Origin: a bacterium
Lineage (GTDB): Bacteria; Patescibacteriota; Saccharimonadia; UBA4664
Direction of reading: 5' to 3'
NCBI GenBank assembly: GCA_016699105.1
Contig: CP064960.1
Coordinates: 968,729 to 1,032,728, forward strand
DNA: 64,000 nucleotides
In this document: positions 21,317 through 32,002 of the stretch, in pieces
Numbering within the stretch: the stretch's first letter is position 1
How the letters are laid out: every line of letters starts with the position of its first letter
Position numbers and translations under genes: made by a program
Notes under the pieces: model-generated
What the model was told of the DNA's origin: nothing
The model's database searches: none
Seen by the model: the letters and a program-made list of their open reading frames with translations, nothing else

Positions 21317-21709
21317 CTAGGTTTGACTACTTAACAGTGTCAGGTCGAGATGGCGAATGCGGGGTCCAGACAGCTCAACAAGGACGAATCGTTGCCATTG
21401 CCCCAATACTAATTTGCCGGCCACTACCGGTAAGGTGACGCTGGGACCAATGATTGAAGCTAGAAAATGATCTGGCGCGTGCTCAGGGTCATGCGGATGG
21501 CGCCAAGGTCGGTTGGGAGTTATGAGGTCAAGGAAATCGAGAAAATCTAGATCGGTGCCCGGATCAAGATCAGCCGTCGTAAGGGCGACAGTCGTATGTA
21601 AAACCGTTAGAAGGGCAGCACCATTACTTCTATCAGGCAACAGGCTATTAACATGGTCAGTCAGGTCAATGATTTGACGGGGTTTTTGAGTGCGTACAGA
21701 TAACTTCAT
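21317..21709 (-). CDS. YjbQ/UPF0047 family protein
   Basis: 130-aa ORF with a UPF0047 pattern (LTVLHTTVALTTADLDPG...HFLASIIGPSVTLPVVAGKLVLGQWQ). Confidence 0.6.
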   Translation of the reverse strand: MKLSVRTQKPRQIIDLTDHVNSLLPDRSNGAALLTVLHTTVALTTADLDPGTDLDFLDFLDLITPNRPWRHPHDPEHAPDHFLASIIGPSVTLPVVAGKLVLGQWQRFVLVELSGPRIRHLDLTLLSSQT

Positions 21710-21753
21710 GCACCACTCATTTTAGCATATTTCATAACCGTATTATTGACATA

Positions 21754-22913
21754 ATGCTAATGTTGTGCTATTATGTAGCTCTTATGTTGAGGTTACCTGT
21801 GTTTCCCCTAAAACGTATCAATTTTCGCATGATTATGCCGGTTGCGTTTGCCGCGGTCTTTGCGCTGTATATTGGTGCCCAGTCGGGCATGTTGAGTTGG
21901 AGTCAAGCAGGTTCAGATGCATCACAAACTGCTACTGCAGGCTCGAGTGCCAATGGATATGGAATTGCCGCTAGTTTCGATATGCTCTCCCCGGCTGAAC
22001 TCGAAACCCGTATGGGTGAAATCTCCGCGACTGGTGCCACCTGGGTGCGCTACGATTTAAGCTGGAACCGAGCCGTCGAACAAGGATTCGGCGGTGCTTA
22101 TGATTGGACTGCCCCCGATCGCGTGACGGCCTCAGCCAAGCGACACGGACTCCAGATATTGATGGTGCCCGGTTTGACCCCGCCGCCTATCGCATGCCAG
22201 GATGTTCCAGCGGCGAGCGCTGTGCTCCGACCGATGTTGCTGCCTATGTAAAATTCGTGAAAGCTGCCGCCGAACGATATGGCACCGACATTCAAGCCTG
22301 GGAAATCTGGAACGAGCCCAACATTAGTTATCGATTCGGCCCGTCGGTCGATGTGACCAAATATGTGAATATGCTCAAAGGTGCTTATAAAGAAATAAAG
22401 CTGGCCAACCCCGAAGCTATTGTTTTGGGTGGCAGTATTGCACCGACTGCGACGACTTACCGCGATTTGCGGCCGTTGGATTTTGTGAATGCTATGTACG
22501 AAAAAGGCGCGGCCGGGTACTTTGATGCCCTGGCTATGCATCCGTATACTTACCCGATTATGCCCAATGATAGTACGCCGGCTGACGCCTGGGGCCAAAT
22601 GAAATTGGCTCACGAAGTTATGGCCGAGCATGGAGATGGTGATAAAAAATCTGGATAACCGAGTTTAGTGCGCCCACCAATGGACCTGATCTGCCAGGTG
22701 AATATGTCGACGAGGACACTCAGGCCGATATTTTGGCTCAAGCCGCCACCATTTACCGCGGTTTTGATTGGAGCGGACCATTTATGTGGTATGAGCTCAA
22801 AGATTCCGGTACATCGACAGTATCGAGTGAGTATTTCTACGGTTTTAAAACGGGCTGATGGCACGACAAAACCGGCATATAACGTCTGGCTACGTCTGAC
22901 AAGTATGGATTAA
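21754..22913 (+). CDS. Secreted GH5-like (clan GH-A) glycoside hydrolase (three apparent frameshifts)
   Basis: N-terminal signal/TM segment. Acid/base motif EIWNEPN and nucleophile motif WITEF, as in GH5 enzymes. Frame junctions at about 22170, about 22646 (A run in gataaaaaatctgg) and about 22846 (ggttttaaaacggg). Confidence 0.7.
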
Positions 22914-23001
22914 AGATTGAAAACGAGCAGATAATTGAACGAGGGCCACTTATATGTTGCTGTACAAGTGGCCCCCGAAGGTTTCATACGAGCATGGCGA
23001 T

Positions 23002-23511
23002 CTAGATTTTGAACGTTGTGTCTCGTATCATTACTTCACTTCTGTCTTCGATTGATTGTGCAATTACCAGATGGACTTTGAGCGGAAGATCACGCCATGC
23101 AGCCGGTTGTAGTGCCAGCATCGTCACATACTTTTTCGAATCACCTGTGAGCGTCACCGCGGCTAAACCCTGCGCATTAACTGATACAGTGGCTGTGGTT
23201 TCACCTCGTCCCAGCTGACGTCGAATAGTAAATACTTCGAATTTTACTTGGGTTACGAGTTGCTTACCTCGCATGATCGTGCGTACATGGTAAGAAGTCC
23301 GAACATCCCCGATGAAAAATGGTTGAAGCCGACTGGGTCTCACGTTTCCAGCCTTGCAGCCCAATATTGGACATAAGCTGACAATCGTACTATCTGAAGT
23401 CTCGCCATATGACATTGCTTGAGCAGGAATGGATAATCCACTGCTCATTACCAACAACAAAACTGTCATGAATAGCGTCGATAAACAGCGACGAAAGTTG
23501 CCACGACACAT
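23002..23511 (-). CDS. Secreted hypothetical protein
   Basis: 169-aa ORF with a signal peptide (LSTLFMTVLLLVMSSGLSIPAQA). Confidence 0.45.
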   Translation of the reverse strand: MCRGNFRRCLSTLFMTVLLLVMSSGLSIPAQAMSYGETSDSTIVSLCPILGCKAGNVRPSRLQPFFIGDVRTSYHVRTIMRGKQLVTQVKFEVFTIRRQLGRGETTATVSVNAQGLAAVTLTGDSKKYVTMLALQPAAWRDLPLKVHLVIAQSIEDRSEVMIRDTTFKI

Positions 23512-23539
23512 AACCGATGTGCTCCTTTTGGATATCGAA

Positions 23540-23569
23540 GGGCACCACTAATGTCTATTAGTGGTGCCC
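23540..23569 (-). terminator. Hairpin downstream of the DUF4332 gene
   Basis: 13-bp perfect inverted repeat gggcaccactaat-gtct-attagtggtgccc. No clear U tract. Confidence 0.35.
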
Positions 23570-23605
23570 ACGAGTATAGCTCTTGAATTTGTACTAAATC
23601 AAGAC

Positions 23606-24010
23606 CTAATGAGTGACAACTCGACCAAGTGTTTTGGCCTCGGTCACAAACTTTTCAACTTGAGATTCGCTTGGAACTTGGCGGACCAGCTGCTTGGCTT
23701 CATTTACTTCTACCAACTTGGCATGGAGGTTGGCTGGCACACGGGTGGCCAGCTCGGGCACACTGTCGACACCGGCGGCTTCGAGTAAGTCGGAAATTTC
23801 TTCACCGACACCATGGATGCGGAAGAGATCGGCTCGGTTTACCCACTCCAGAATTTTGGCTTCAGAGACACCAGTGGTTTCGGCTAGTTTGACGCGACCG
23901 GCTTTGGAACCGGCTACTTCAAGCAACTTTTCGGTCGTTTTGACACCAGCTTCGGCTAGTTTGGCGGCAGCGGCTGGTCCGACGCCTTCGATATCGATAA
24001 TATTGGTCAT
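23606..24010 (-). CDS. DUF4332-like tandem helix-hairpin-helix protein
   Basis: 134-aa ORF with two HhH motifs (IEGVGPAAAAKL and IHGVGEEISDLL). Confidence 0.55.
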   Translation of the reverse strand: MTNIIDIEGVGPAAAAKLAEAGVKTTEKLLEVAGSKAGRVKLAETTGVSEAKILEWVNRADLFRIHGVGEEISDLLEAAGVDSVPELATRVPANLHAKLVEVNEAKQLVRQVPSESQVEKFVTEAKTLGRVVTH

Positions 24011-24062
24011 TTATATATTCCTTTGTTAGCTAACAGTATTATACGCGGACACTATACTACGA

Positions 24063-24677
24063 TTATTTCTCGCAAGCTACTCCGTCATTGTCGCCATCGA
24101 GGGCAGCCCGGTACGACAGGTCGGTTTTGGGGATGTTTTTAACACCGGCTTTGAAAGCTTCATCACAGTTGTCGAAGACCCGGCCACCAGTGGGTTCACC
24201 CTGGATATTGGTGCCTGTAGCTTCATTGACGGCATCCTTGACGGGATTGTCGGGCATAGCTGGCTGGACGGCGACGAGACCAAACAAGGCCAGCTGGGCG
24301 GCAATAATGGCACCCAATATTTTGCTAGCGTTACCCTTCTTGAAGCCTTCGGGGTTGCGGACATACATGACGATACCAACGACAGTCGGGATGACTGGCA
24401 AGATAATGATGTACATCAACAGACCGACGACGATGCGACGGGTCTTGGTCCAATTTTGATAGCGGGTGTTAAACCATGGCAAACGGGCTAATAACCAGAC
24501 GGCGGCATTTTCAAAGAATCCGTAGCGTTTGGCGGGAGTTGTTGATTTGGTGGAAGCGGGTTGGTTGGGAACGGGACGAGGATTGACTGGCGGAGCGGCT
24601 TTTGACGCCATAATATTTATAGTCCTTATGCTTATATATCTGTTCGTATTATAAGACTTTTGGGTCTGCGTTGACAA
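24063..24677 (-). CDS. Membrane protein with C-terminal Excalibur calcium-binding domain
   Basis: TM segments plus a DGDNDGVACE motif (Excalibur DxDxDGxxCE). The true start may be the internal Met (MASKAAPP). Confidence 0.55.
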   Translation of the reverse strand: MSTQTQKSYNTNRYISIRTINIMASKAAPPVNPRPVPNQPASTKSTTPAKRYGFFENAAVWLLARLPWFNTRYQNWTKTRRIVVGLLMYIIILPVIPTVVGIVMYVRNPEGFKKGNASKILGAIIAAQLALFGLVAVQPAMPDNPVKDAVNEATGTNIQGEPTGGRVFDNCDEAFKAGVKNIPKTDLSYRAALDGDNDGVACEK

Positions 24678-24729
24678 GATGTGTCCGTGATGCTAGAAAT
24701 GGTTAATTATTGTTAACTAGCCCTACTGA

Positions 24730-25824
24730 TTAATCAAGTGCGTAATCGAGCCACCATACCCCGGCAGGTGGGCCACCGTTACACGTGCCGTCGGATTCAC
24801 CGGGGCGCTTCACCCACAAATAGGCGTCGACTAAACTCGATCCCGGTGACACCCTCGGGGTAGGCCCAAGTCCGCGTCAGGTGGGTTACACCACTGATTG
24901 GCACCTGCATCACCTTGCCCACTACGGCTGGTATCGATGATGAAGTGTTGTCCGCCGATGGCAGCTGACACTTTTTGACCATAGGCAGTATTTTTGGGCG
25001 GCGGTAGAAAAATGCGATACGCCGAGGCTGAATCCGGTGCCAGCTGCAACTCCAGCCGCCTTCAGTCGTTCGGCCGCCGTGTTGATGCTGAGCCAATTGG
25101 AGTGACCGGCGTCGAGGTAGACGGCAATATTGGGTTTAGCGGCCAGCTTTTGGACGGCATAGCTTAAGTCAGCTAAGCGTTCGGTTTGACGAGTTGCTGA
25201 TAGACAATCAAGTCGGGCTAAGGCGTCGGGCTCGATTATGATAGCCGCCGCTTTGGTGCCTAGGGCAGCGCTTATACTGTTAATCCATTGGCGATAAGCC
25301 GCCGAAGTCGGTGCACCCTGCTGATTGGTAGCGCCACAATCACGCACCGGTATGTAATAGGCTACGAGCACTGGGTATTTATTGCCAGTGGCGTTGAGGT
25401 AGGAAATCAAATTGGCGCCGGTATCGGTGGGACCGTTGAGCCATTTGGCTTGGGGTTGTCTAGCAATTTTATTGATTTGGAGCGCTTGAGCAGGATTGGT
25501 GGAACGCAAAGTAGCCTCGGCTAAAGCAGCTTGAGACCGGGGGTCAACATATAATTGGCGATTAGCCATGGGATTCGGCCGTGGGACTGGTGTCGATGTG
25601 GCTGCCGCCGCATTTTCGGCCGTACTGCTATTTGACGGTGCGGCGGGCGTGACAGTCGGGCTGATCTCGGCGTTCAATACACTCGGCGTGGTCGTGACGT
25701 GCGGTACTACTTGATCCTGGGTGGCTACTTTGCGCAATTGTACAGAGCTGGCTGTCAGCAGCCCGGCAGTTACAGCTATAAATACGCCGGCAACCATACC
25801 TGGCACCAGTTTGGTACGGGTCAT
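24730..25824 (-). CDS. Secreted GH6-family cellulase (two compensating apparent frameshifts)
   Basis: N-terminal TM/signal and a Thr/Pro-rich linker. GH6 catalytic motifs YYIPVRDCGA and AIIIEPDALARL. The C-terminal part (YGQKVSAAIGGQHFIIDTSRSGQG...NQWCNPP...LVDAYLWVKRPGESDGTC) runs through a second frame between about 24993 (A run) and about 24858, then returns to frame. Confidence 0.8.
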
Positions 25825-27072
25825 ACTGCATCCTCCGCCAGACCATCAGACAACAGTTCGAGTCCTTTGATGCGGGGCATGGCGGCGCCACCGATATACC
25901 CCTGCATGCTGCCGATAATATTGGCTGTACCGGTTAACAGCGCCGACGCTTGTTTTTCACGTTGGGACCACAGTTTCTCGTATGCTACCCGCTCTTTGAG
26001 TACTTGCTCGTTCATTTGGCGATAGGTTTCGACCATGAGCTCGATTTGCTGACTAAATTCGTGACTGGTGACGTACGAGTACAGACTCTCGGCATGGGTA
26101 CTACGCCGTTCGGCGAGGGCATTGGTACGGGCGACATCGAGTAATCCTTGGCGCAAAAGTTGGCCCAGAGCTAAAGCTAAAGCCGGTTTACACAGCCAGA
26201 CGCCTTCGTGAAGTGTGAGGTCACTTTGGATGTCTTTGGGCATAGCTTCGGTAACGATAACGGCCAGGTTAGCCCGTGCTGAGCGCATATCAGCTTTCAG
26301 TTTGGGAACCCAGTCATTTGACCAGTTTTTAGTCCGCTTGAGCTCCCAAATTATCAATCCACAGACATGGCCTTGGGGGGTATGAACCGTGTGGGCTACA
26401 TCGCCACCCCGGGTACCTTTGGCGACTGGCTCGATAGCGTCTCCCGGAAAAGCATTAGCTAAGCCTTGCTCGAAATCAAGTTCCAAGACCTCGCCTTGCA
26501 ATTGTTGCGAGCCTTGGGCGGCTTTGCGTTGCGCGGAGTCGAGGGCTTTTGCAAGTCTTCGATGGTTTTATTTTTGGCTGACAATTCGAGGCGTTGGCGT
26601 TCGTCGGCTGCGCGGGTGGCTTCTTCGCGAATGCGGCTTTCATCTTGCGCTAATTGTTTTTGGGCCGCCAGCTTGGCATCGTCACGGGCGAGATTAGCTT
26701 CACGTAATTGGGTCATAAGCTCAGACAATTGAGTTCTCATTTTGGCAGCATCAGCTTTGGCGGCAGCCGCGTCGTCGGTGAGCGACTTAAAAGCCAATTC
26801 CTGATCTTGAGCTAAGCGCTTGGCGGTATTCTCGGCCTCAGCAGCCAGGCGGCGGCGTTCAATTTCAGATCGGTTGCCGATTGTTGGCGGATGATTTCGC
26901 GCTCGGCTGACAGTTGCCGCTCCAGCGTTGAGGTCGCCTCAGCCCGGACCTTGGCGAGCTCGGCGGCATGATTTTGCCGGGCAGCCGTCAAGACCTGCTC
27001 TTGGATCTGTCCTTCCAAGGCTTTGGTAATCTCAATGGCTGCTTGGCAGCTGGGACAGGCGATAGTGGTCAT
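25821..27072 (-). CDS. DUF2130-like protein (zinc ribbon, coiled coil, PD-(D/E)xK-like C-domain; two apparent frameshifts)
   Basis: Begins MTTIACPSCQAAIEITKALEGQ. A long coiled coil follows, then GGDVAHTVHTPQGHVCGLIIWELKRTKNW. The three ORF-track pieces join at about 26868 and about 26548 (A/T run). Confidence 0.55.
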
Positions 27073-27136
27073 ACAGATAAGTATACCGCATGAGGCGAAA
27101 GCGAACAAATACCGTATTATTGCTACTAATTAGAAT

Positions 27137-27322
27137 TTAAGAAAGTCGAGCAAATGATACACCATAAAAGGCAGGCCACAGTATGGCTTTGAAGAAGCCG
27201 GTTACGCCCATCCAAAACGAGTCGGCATTTTGCAAAAAGTACACCAGCGCACCGATGAACCCGAGTCCGTAGACAGCGCCGCCTGATCCGTGATGAGCAG
27301 CGTGATGTTTGGCATCAGACAT
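27137..27322 (-). CDS. Small hydrophobic protein
   Basis: 61-aa ORF with two predicted TM segments. Confidence 0.35.
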   Translation of the reverse strand: MSDAKHHAAHHGSGGAVYGLGFIGALVYFLQNADSFWMGVTGFFKAILWPAFYGVSFARLS

Positions 27323-27420
27323 AATTGTATGTCCTTATTTATAAGACAATTGTACACCTTGCCAGCGCGTCGAGTATATTGATAAGCATAAGCGGGAACA
27401 TAAACATCGTGTGCAGGAAT

Positions 27421-28319
27421 GATAATGCTCGATCAAGCCAGTCTGGGTTTGCACTACTGCCAATTATTGGGTTGGTAGCCGTCGTAGCAGTTGTTGGACT
27501 GGCAGTCTGGCAAGCGCGCCAACATTCAACGAGTAGCTTGGTGTCTTCCAAAACTACACCTACCAGTACTCCCCTGCCGACCGTGACACCTTCGCCAACG
27601 CCACGCCCAGCCGATTCGGCCGATACTCTTTCAGCCCGACGAAAATCACCAGTGCTGATGGCAAAACGTACTTCATATATGGTGCGCCAGCTGGTCAAAA
27701 TAACGCCTCACCTAAGAAGGTAATTGTGTCATTACCCGGTCACGGTACGACGGCTGATGATGGTTATTCGGCCTGGAAAACCCATTTGAGTGGCACCGGC
27801 TATGCGTTGATTGAATTTAATTGGTGGAAGGGTACCGGCGAGAATAAAACGGATTATTATTCGCCGGGTGAAGTCGTGCGGGAAGTGCGGGCCTTTTGAA
27901 CCAACAGGGGTATACATCATCTGACCGGGTAGTATTACATGGTTTTTCGCGCGGTAGCGCCAACACCTATGCCGTCATCGCCCAGGATCGATCCTCAGCC
28001 GGGACAGTTTTGATGCAGTGATTTCCAATGCCGGTAAGTACCAAAGTGATTTCCCGCTCGGCATTGCCGATTCGTCGAACGCTAATATCACAAGGCTCTA
28101 CCAAAATATTCCCTGGGTGTTGGCCTGCGGAGGCCTTGACCCCAATCAACTCGAGACGGTTGCATCGGTATGGCTGAAACCTCGACGTGGCTCAAAGCCC
28201 ACGGCGCCAATGTCTTAGCGACATTAACCGACAGCACCATGGGTCACGGCGCCTTTCATATGTCGAGCAAAGGCTTGCCCAAACAAGCGTTAACTCTTAT
28301 CGACACTACCCTGAAATAA
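27421..28319 (+). pseudogene. Secreted alpha/beta-hydrolase esterase (PHB-depolymerase/LpqC-like), disrupted by at least four frame changes
   Basis: N-terminal TM and Thr/Pro linker. Fragments in three frames: YFIYGAPAGQNNASPKKVIVSLPGHGTTADDGYSAWKTHL, then LHGFSRGSANTYAV (GxSxG nucleophile elbow), then ETSTWLKAHGANVLATLTDSTMGHGAF. Confidence 0.55.
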
Positions 28320-28372
28320 CGATGGCAGTGGATCGCCAAATTTGACTTCGGGCAAGACACTGATTTGTTGAT

Positions 28373-28907
28373 TCAAATCGAGATGAGGGTACTGGTCACG
28401 ATAAGCCACCATAATATCGCCAAACGCAGCGTCAGCCCAGGCCAGACCAAATGCTCGGCCACAGATTGAACTTGAGCCGGTTCATCGGCTTCGATCTCGA
28501 TATATGGTACGAGCCATGGCCATTCATCAATCATGATGTCGACGTCGCCAAGCCGCCAATTTTCGCGTCGCGATTCCTGATAGGCAGTGCCGGTGATTCC
28601 AATAGCTGCCAATAAATCAACGGTTGTCTGAAAATCGCTAACTACTACTTCAAGCTCTTTGGCACCATCAAGCGCCAGGGCGTCAAATTGCTTTGTAGGT
28701 AAGCGTGACACGATGACCTTCGTCACGCACTCTGATATAGGCATTTTTGGCATTGAGCTGCGGCGATTCATAGACGATGCGCCGGAGCAGACGCAACGGT
28801 TGCTCCAGCGTTGCGTCGGCCGCACGAAGCCGCGACCGGATAGCATCAATGTCGATCTGGAGAAATTTGGCTTCATATTCGGTTTTCATAATGAGGTCAT
28901 TATACAA
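28373..28907 (-). CDS. CYTH-domain protein (class IV adenylate cyclase/triphosphatase-like; one apparent frameshift)
   Basis: MKTEYEAKFLQIDIDAIRSRL...RVRDEGHRVTLTYK, then (shift at about 28690) ...ELEVVVSDFQTTVDLLAAIGI...RRENWRLGDVDIMIDEWPWLVPYIEIEA. The 3' end is uncertain; an alternative frame would end at about 28290. Confidence 0.6.
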
Positions 28908-28960
28908 GAGATGCCCAGGTTAACTCTCGAATGAACGAGAATCAACCTGGGCGCTTACAG

Positions 28961-29560
28961 TCACTTAGATGCCATTGAGACGGTACCGAAATGCCAATGA
29001 GCGACAACCATCGGATTGACGCCGCGCAGTGTCAAAACCAAGAATGGGTCGATTTGCGCGCACACGACTGAAACTGCATCTGGGCCAAATTCGTTCGACA
29101 GCTGGTTAGCAAGTGCAATTACAGTCAACGGACATGGCCGACGATACTGTTGCCAGGGAACCTGGCGCCATCGTATTCGTTGTTGATTGTTCAGTAAGCC
29201 GAGCATTAACAAAATTGCCAATGCGACAATAATTACACCGCTGATAGCTAAAATAGCGCCGATCATAAGCGGGACTTGAGGGTGAAACACTAAGCACCAA
29301 AACATAAATCCCACAAATGCAGCTACCGATGCAATTATGGATCCAAAGTATACTGTTCGCCACTGACGGCCAGCTCGGGCTGCAAATACATCGACGTTTT
29401 GACGAGATAATGGAACAATATGCTGACCATTTGCCAGCACAATATTCGGATGAGAATCATGCATCGTCAACTGAGCCAAAATGTCTGACTCTGTTGATTG
29501 GCGGCAGCTTTGTGTACGCACAACCGGCAGAAGACTCGACATCATGTACTCCTTGATCAA
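28961..29560 (-). CDS. Hypothetical membrane protein
   Basis: 199-aa ORF with two central TM helices. Confidence 0.4.
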   Translation of the reverse strand: MIKEYMMSSLLPVVRTQSCRQSTESDILAQLTMHDSHPNIVLANGQHIVPLSRQNVDVFAARAGRQWRTVYFGSIIASVAAFVGFMFWCLVFHPQVPLMIGAILAISGVIIVALAILLMLGLLNNQQRIRWRQVPWQQYRRPCPLTVIALANQLSNEFGPDAVSVVCAQIDPFLVLTLRGVNPMVVAHWHFGTVSMASK

Positions 29561-29664
29561 TCGATGGATGATGTTGTCACCACAAAGGCTCTAAGGCATA
29601 TATTGGCAAAGGTCGGTAGCGCAACTATTGCACTAAATGTGTAATTAGTCAATTTGACGTAATG

Positions 29665-30594
29665 GTTCAATAGCTTTGCATCAAAGTAACGCTACAATGA
29701 ACCATGGCCTACACATCTAACGAAAAGCTCCTAAACTCCGCATGGAAGCGGTCAAACTTGTAAGAAAAGGGTGGACTACTCGTGCAGTCGCCCTTCATTT
29801 TCGGGTACAACCAGTCCACCATTGTGCGCTGGGTCGCTAAAGCTCCGGCCGACGGCCGGATGAATATTCCAACCGAGTCCTCGCGGCCTCAGTCTCATCG
29901 AAAGCGCTCTCCAAGGCAATCGTCAAGCCATCATCGCCGAGCGTCTCAAGCACAACAGATGCGCTGAGGTTGTCCACGCAGAGCTGCTCGAACATGGTGT
30001 CCATGTGAGCCTCTCAAGCGTAAAACGGACTCCTAGACCGTCATGAGCTGCTCAGAAGAAATCAAGTGGGCCCGGATTCGGGAATCACTGCCGAGACCCG
30101 AAAATCACCGGTCCAGGTTCACTTGTCCAGATGGACACGGTCCATTTGTGGATTGGAGCATTGGTGAACGCTTTTATATCTACACGATTATTGACCTGCA
30201 TTCTCGTTGGGCGTATGCCGAAGTCCATGACAAACTCAGCCAAGCTATATCGCTCAAAGTAGCTCTACGGGCCCAGGTAAAAGCTGGCTTCTCATTCGTC
30301 ATGATGCAGACCGACAACGGTCCCGAGTTCCAGAAATACTTCCATGACATGCTAGCGGCCAGACACATTACTCTGCGACACTCTCGGGTTCGGCACAGCA
30401 ACGACAATGCTCATGTGGAGCGATTCAACCGCACCTTACAAGACGAATGTGAGTTCGTACCCGCTCAGGCGGAACGTGACGCAAGCAAGGCTAGAAGAGT
30501 ACTTGGATTATTACAATAACGGCCGGCGGCACATGGGAATAGCCATGCGCAGGCCCCGAGAATTAACACATGCATGATGCAAAGGTATTGAATC
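29665..30594 (+). mobile_element. IS481-family insertion sequence (degraded)
   Basis: 18-bp terminal inverted repeats ttcaatagctttgcatca (29667-29684) and tgatgcaaaggtattgaa (30575-30592) match at 17 of 18 positions. They enclose an IS481-type transposase gene. Confidence 0.65.
29700..30577 (+). pseudogene. IS481-family transposase (HTH plus rve/DDE integrase core; at least five frame changes)
   Basis: HTH pieces (WTTRAVA and FGYNQSTIVRWVAKAPADGR) sit in different frames. The DDE core YIYTIIDLHSRWAYAEVHD...MMQTDNGPEF...NDNAHVERFNRTLQDE follows, then the C-terminus ...LEEYLDYYNNGRRHMGI. Confidence 0.7.
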
Positions 30595-30670
30595 CTAAAC
30601 GTTTGACCTTCTTGATCGAGCATAACCAGTACTATGATATAATTGGGGGCAAGCTAATGGGCGACATCTC

Positions 30671-32002
30671 GTGAATACTTGGTACCGACTTACAAAATAT
30701 GCAGGCTGGCCGCTTTTATTGGTCATTTGCACGTTGCCCGTGATGCGGTGGTTTATGCTCGAACCGATGGTTGACCGGTTCGGTAGTCCGGTGTCCACAT
30801 TACTCAGTCTTGGTCAAATCAGTGGTATTGTAGGCTTAACTCTCTTCGCCTTTAATTTACTTCTGACAACACGCATTAAGCTCTTCGAAGATTTGTTTGG
30901 CGGCTTAAATCGGGTGTTTATTGCTCACCATATCATCGGCACATTTGCCTTTGTGGCGTTGCTCATGCATCCGCTGATGTTGGCTCTGCGGCTGGCACCA
31001 TCATCATTACATGATGCTGGTTTACTGTTCGTACCCCGGACCGACAATTTGCCGGTTGCGCTAGGCATTGTGGCCTTGGCGGGGCTCACTGGCCTGATGG
31101 TGTCGACTTTTTTTGTCAAGCTCACCTACCGGACCTGGCTGTTAAGCCACAAATTCTTAGGCGGCGTCTTTTTTTTGGCCGGGCTGCATGCCCTCTTGAC
31201 GCCCAATGATCTGTCGGCTGACCCCTGGCTGCGGTTTTATTTGGTCGGATTTTCAGCCTTGGGGCTGGTGTCATATGTGTATCGCACGATGTTCCCGGGC
31301 ATCTTTGTAAAGCGCTATGCCTACACCGTATCGATCGCCAAACAGCTCAACGACAGTACGGTTGAAGTATCACTGATACCGAAACAACGAGCCATTCGCT
31401 ATGATGCGGGTCAATTTGTATTTGTGAGCTTCCGAGCGGAGGGTTTATCCAAAGAATGGCATCCGTTTACCGTGTCGTCGGCGCCGAGTGAAACAGGGCT
31501 GGCCGTAACGGTGAAATCGCTGGGCTCATACACCAATATGTTGTCTCGTTTTTTGCCTTCAATGAAAGGCATTGAAGTGCTGGTCGAAGGCGCATACGGG
31601 CGATTTACCTTCAATCGGATGAATCGACAAACACAAGTCTGGATTGCCGGTGGTATTGGCATTACCCCATTTTTGGCCATGGCAAAAAATCTGTCAGCTA
31701 TGCCGGAGTATGACGTTGATTTGTATTATGCTGTCGCCAAAGAGTCTGAACTCGTTGATGTCGATGCACTCAAGCTGGTGGAATCTCGGGTACCCGGTAA
31801 ATCATTCCGGTTAATCCCCTACGTTGCCGATAAACAGGGCTTATTGACGGCCCAAAAGATTGCTGAGACCAGTGGCAATTTGGATCAAAAAGACATTTTG
31901 TTGTGTGGACCACCGCCGATGATGACTGCCATCAAGAAGCAGCTCAGTCAATTGGGCGTGCACCCGCGAAATATTCATTCAGAGGAGTTTCGGATGTCAT
32001 GA
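30671..32002 (+). CDS. NOX/ferric-reductase family transmembrane flavocytochrome
   Basis: 443-aa intact ORF. Ferric-reductase-like TM domain with His-containing helices, FAD-binding motif HPFTVSS and NAD(P)-binding motif GGIGITPF. Confidence 0.8.
   Translation: MNTWYRLTKYAGWPLLLVICTLPVMRWFMLEPMVDRFGSPVSTLLSLGQISGIVGLTLFAFNLLLTTRIKLFEDLFGGLNRVFIAHHIIGTFAFVALLMHPLMLALRLAPSSLHDAGLLFVPRTDNLPVALGIVALAGLTGLMVSTFFVKLTYRTWLLSHKFLGGVFFLAGLHALLTPNDLSADPWLRFYLVGFSALGLVSYVYRTMFPGIFVKRYAYTVSIAKQLNDSTVEVSLIPKQRAIRYDAGQFVFVSFRAEGLSKEWHPFTVSSAPSETGLAVTVKSLGSYTNMLSRFLPSMKGIEVLVEGAYGRFTFNRMNRQTQVWIAGGIGITPFLAMAKNLSAMPEYDVDLYYAVAKESELVDVDALKLVESRVPGKSFRLIPYVADKQGLLTAQKIAETSGNLDQKDILLCGPPPMMTAIKKQLSQLGVHPRNIHSEEFRMS

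Noticed and set aside
23629-24459. Plus-strand ORFs at 23629-23892, 23694-24029 and 24088-24459
   Set aside because: They lie antisense to the DUF4332 and Excalibur genes. They have no RBS and are low-complexity.
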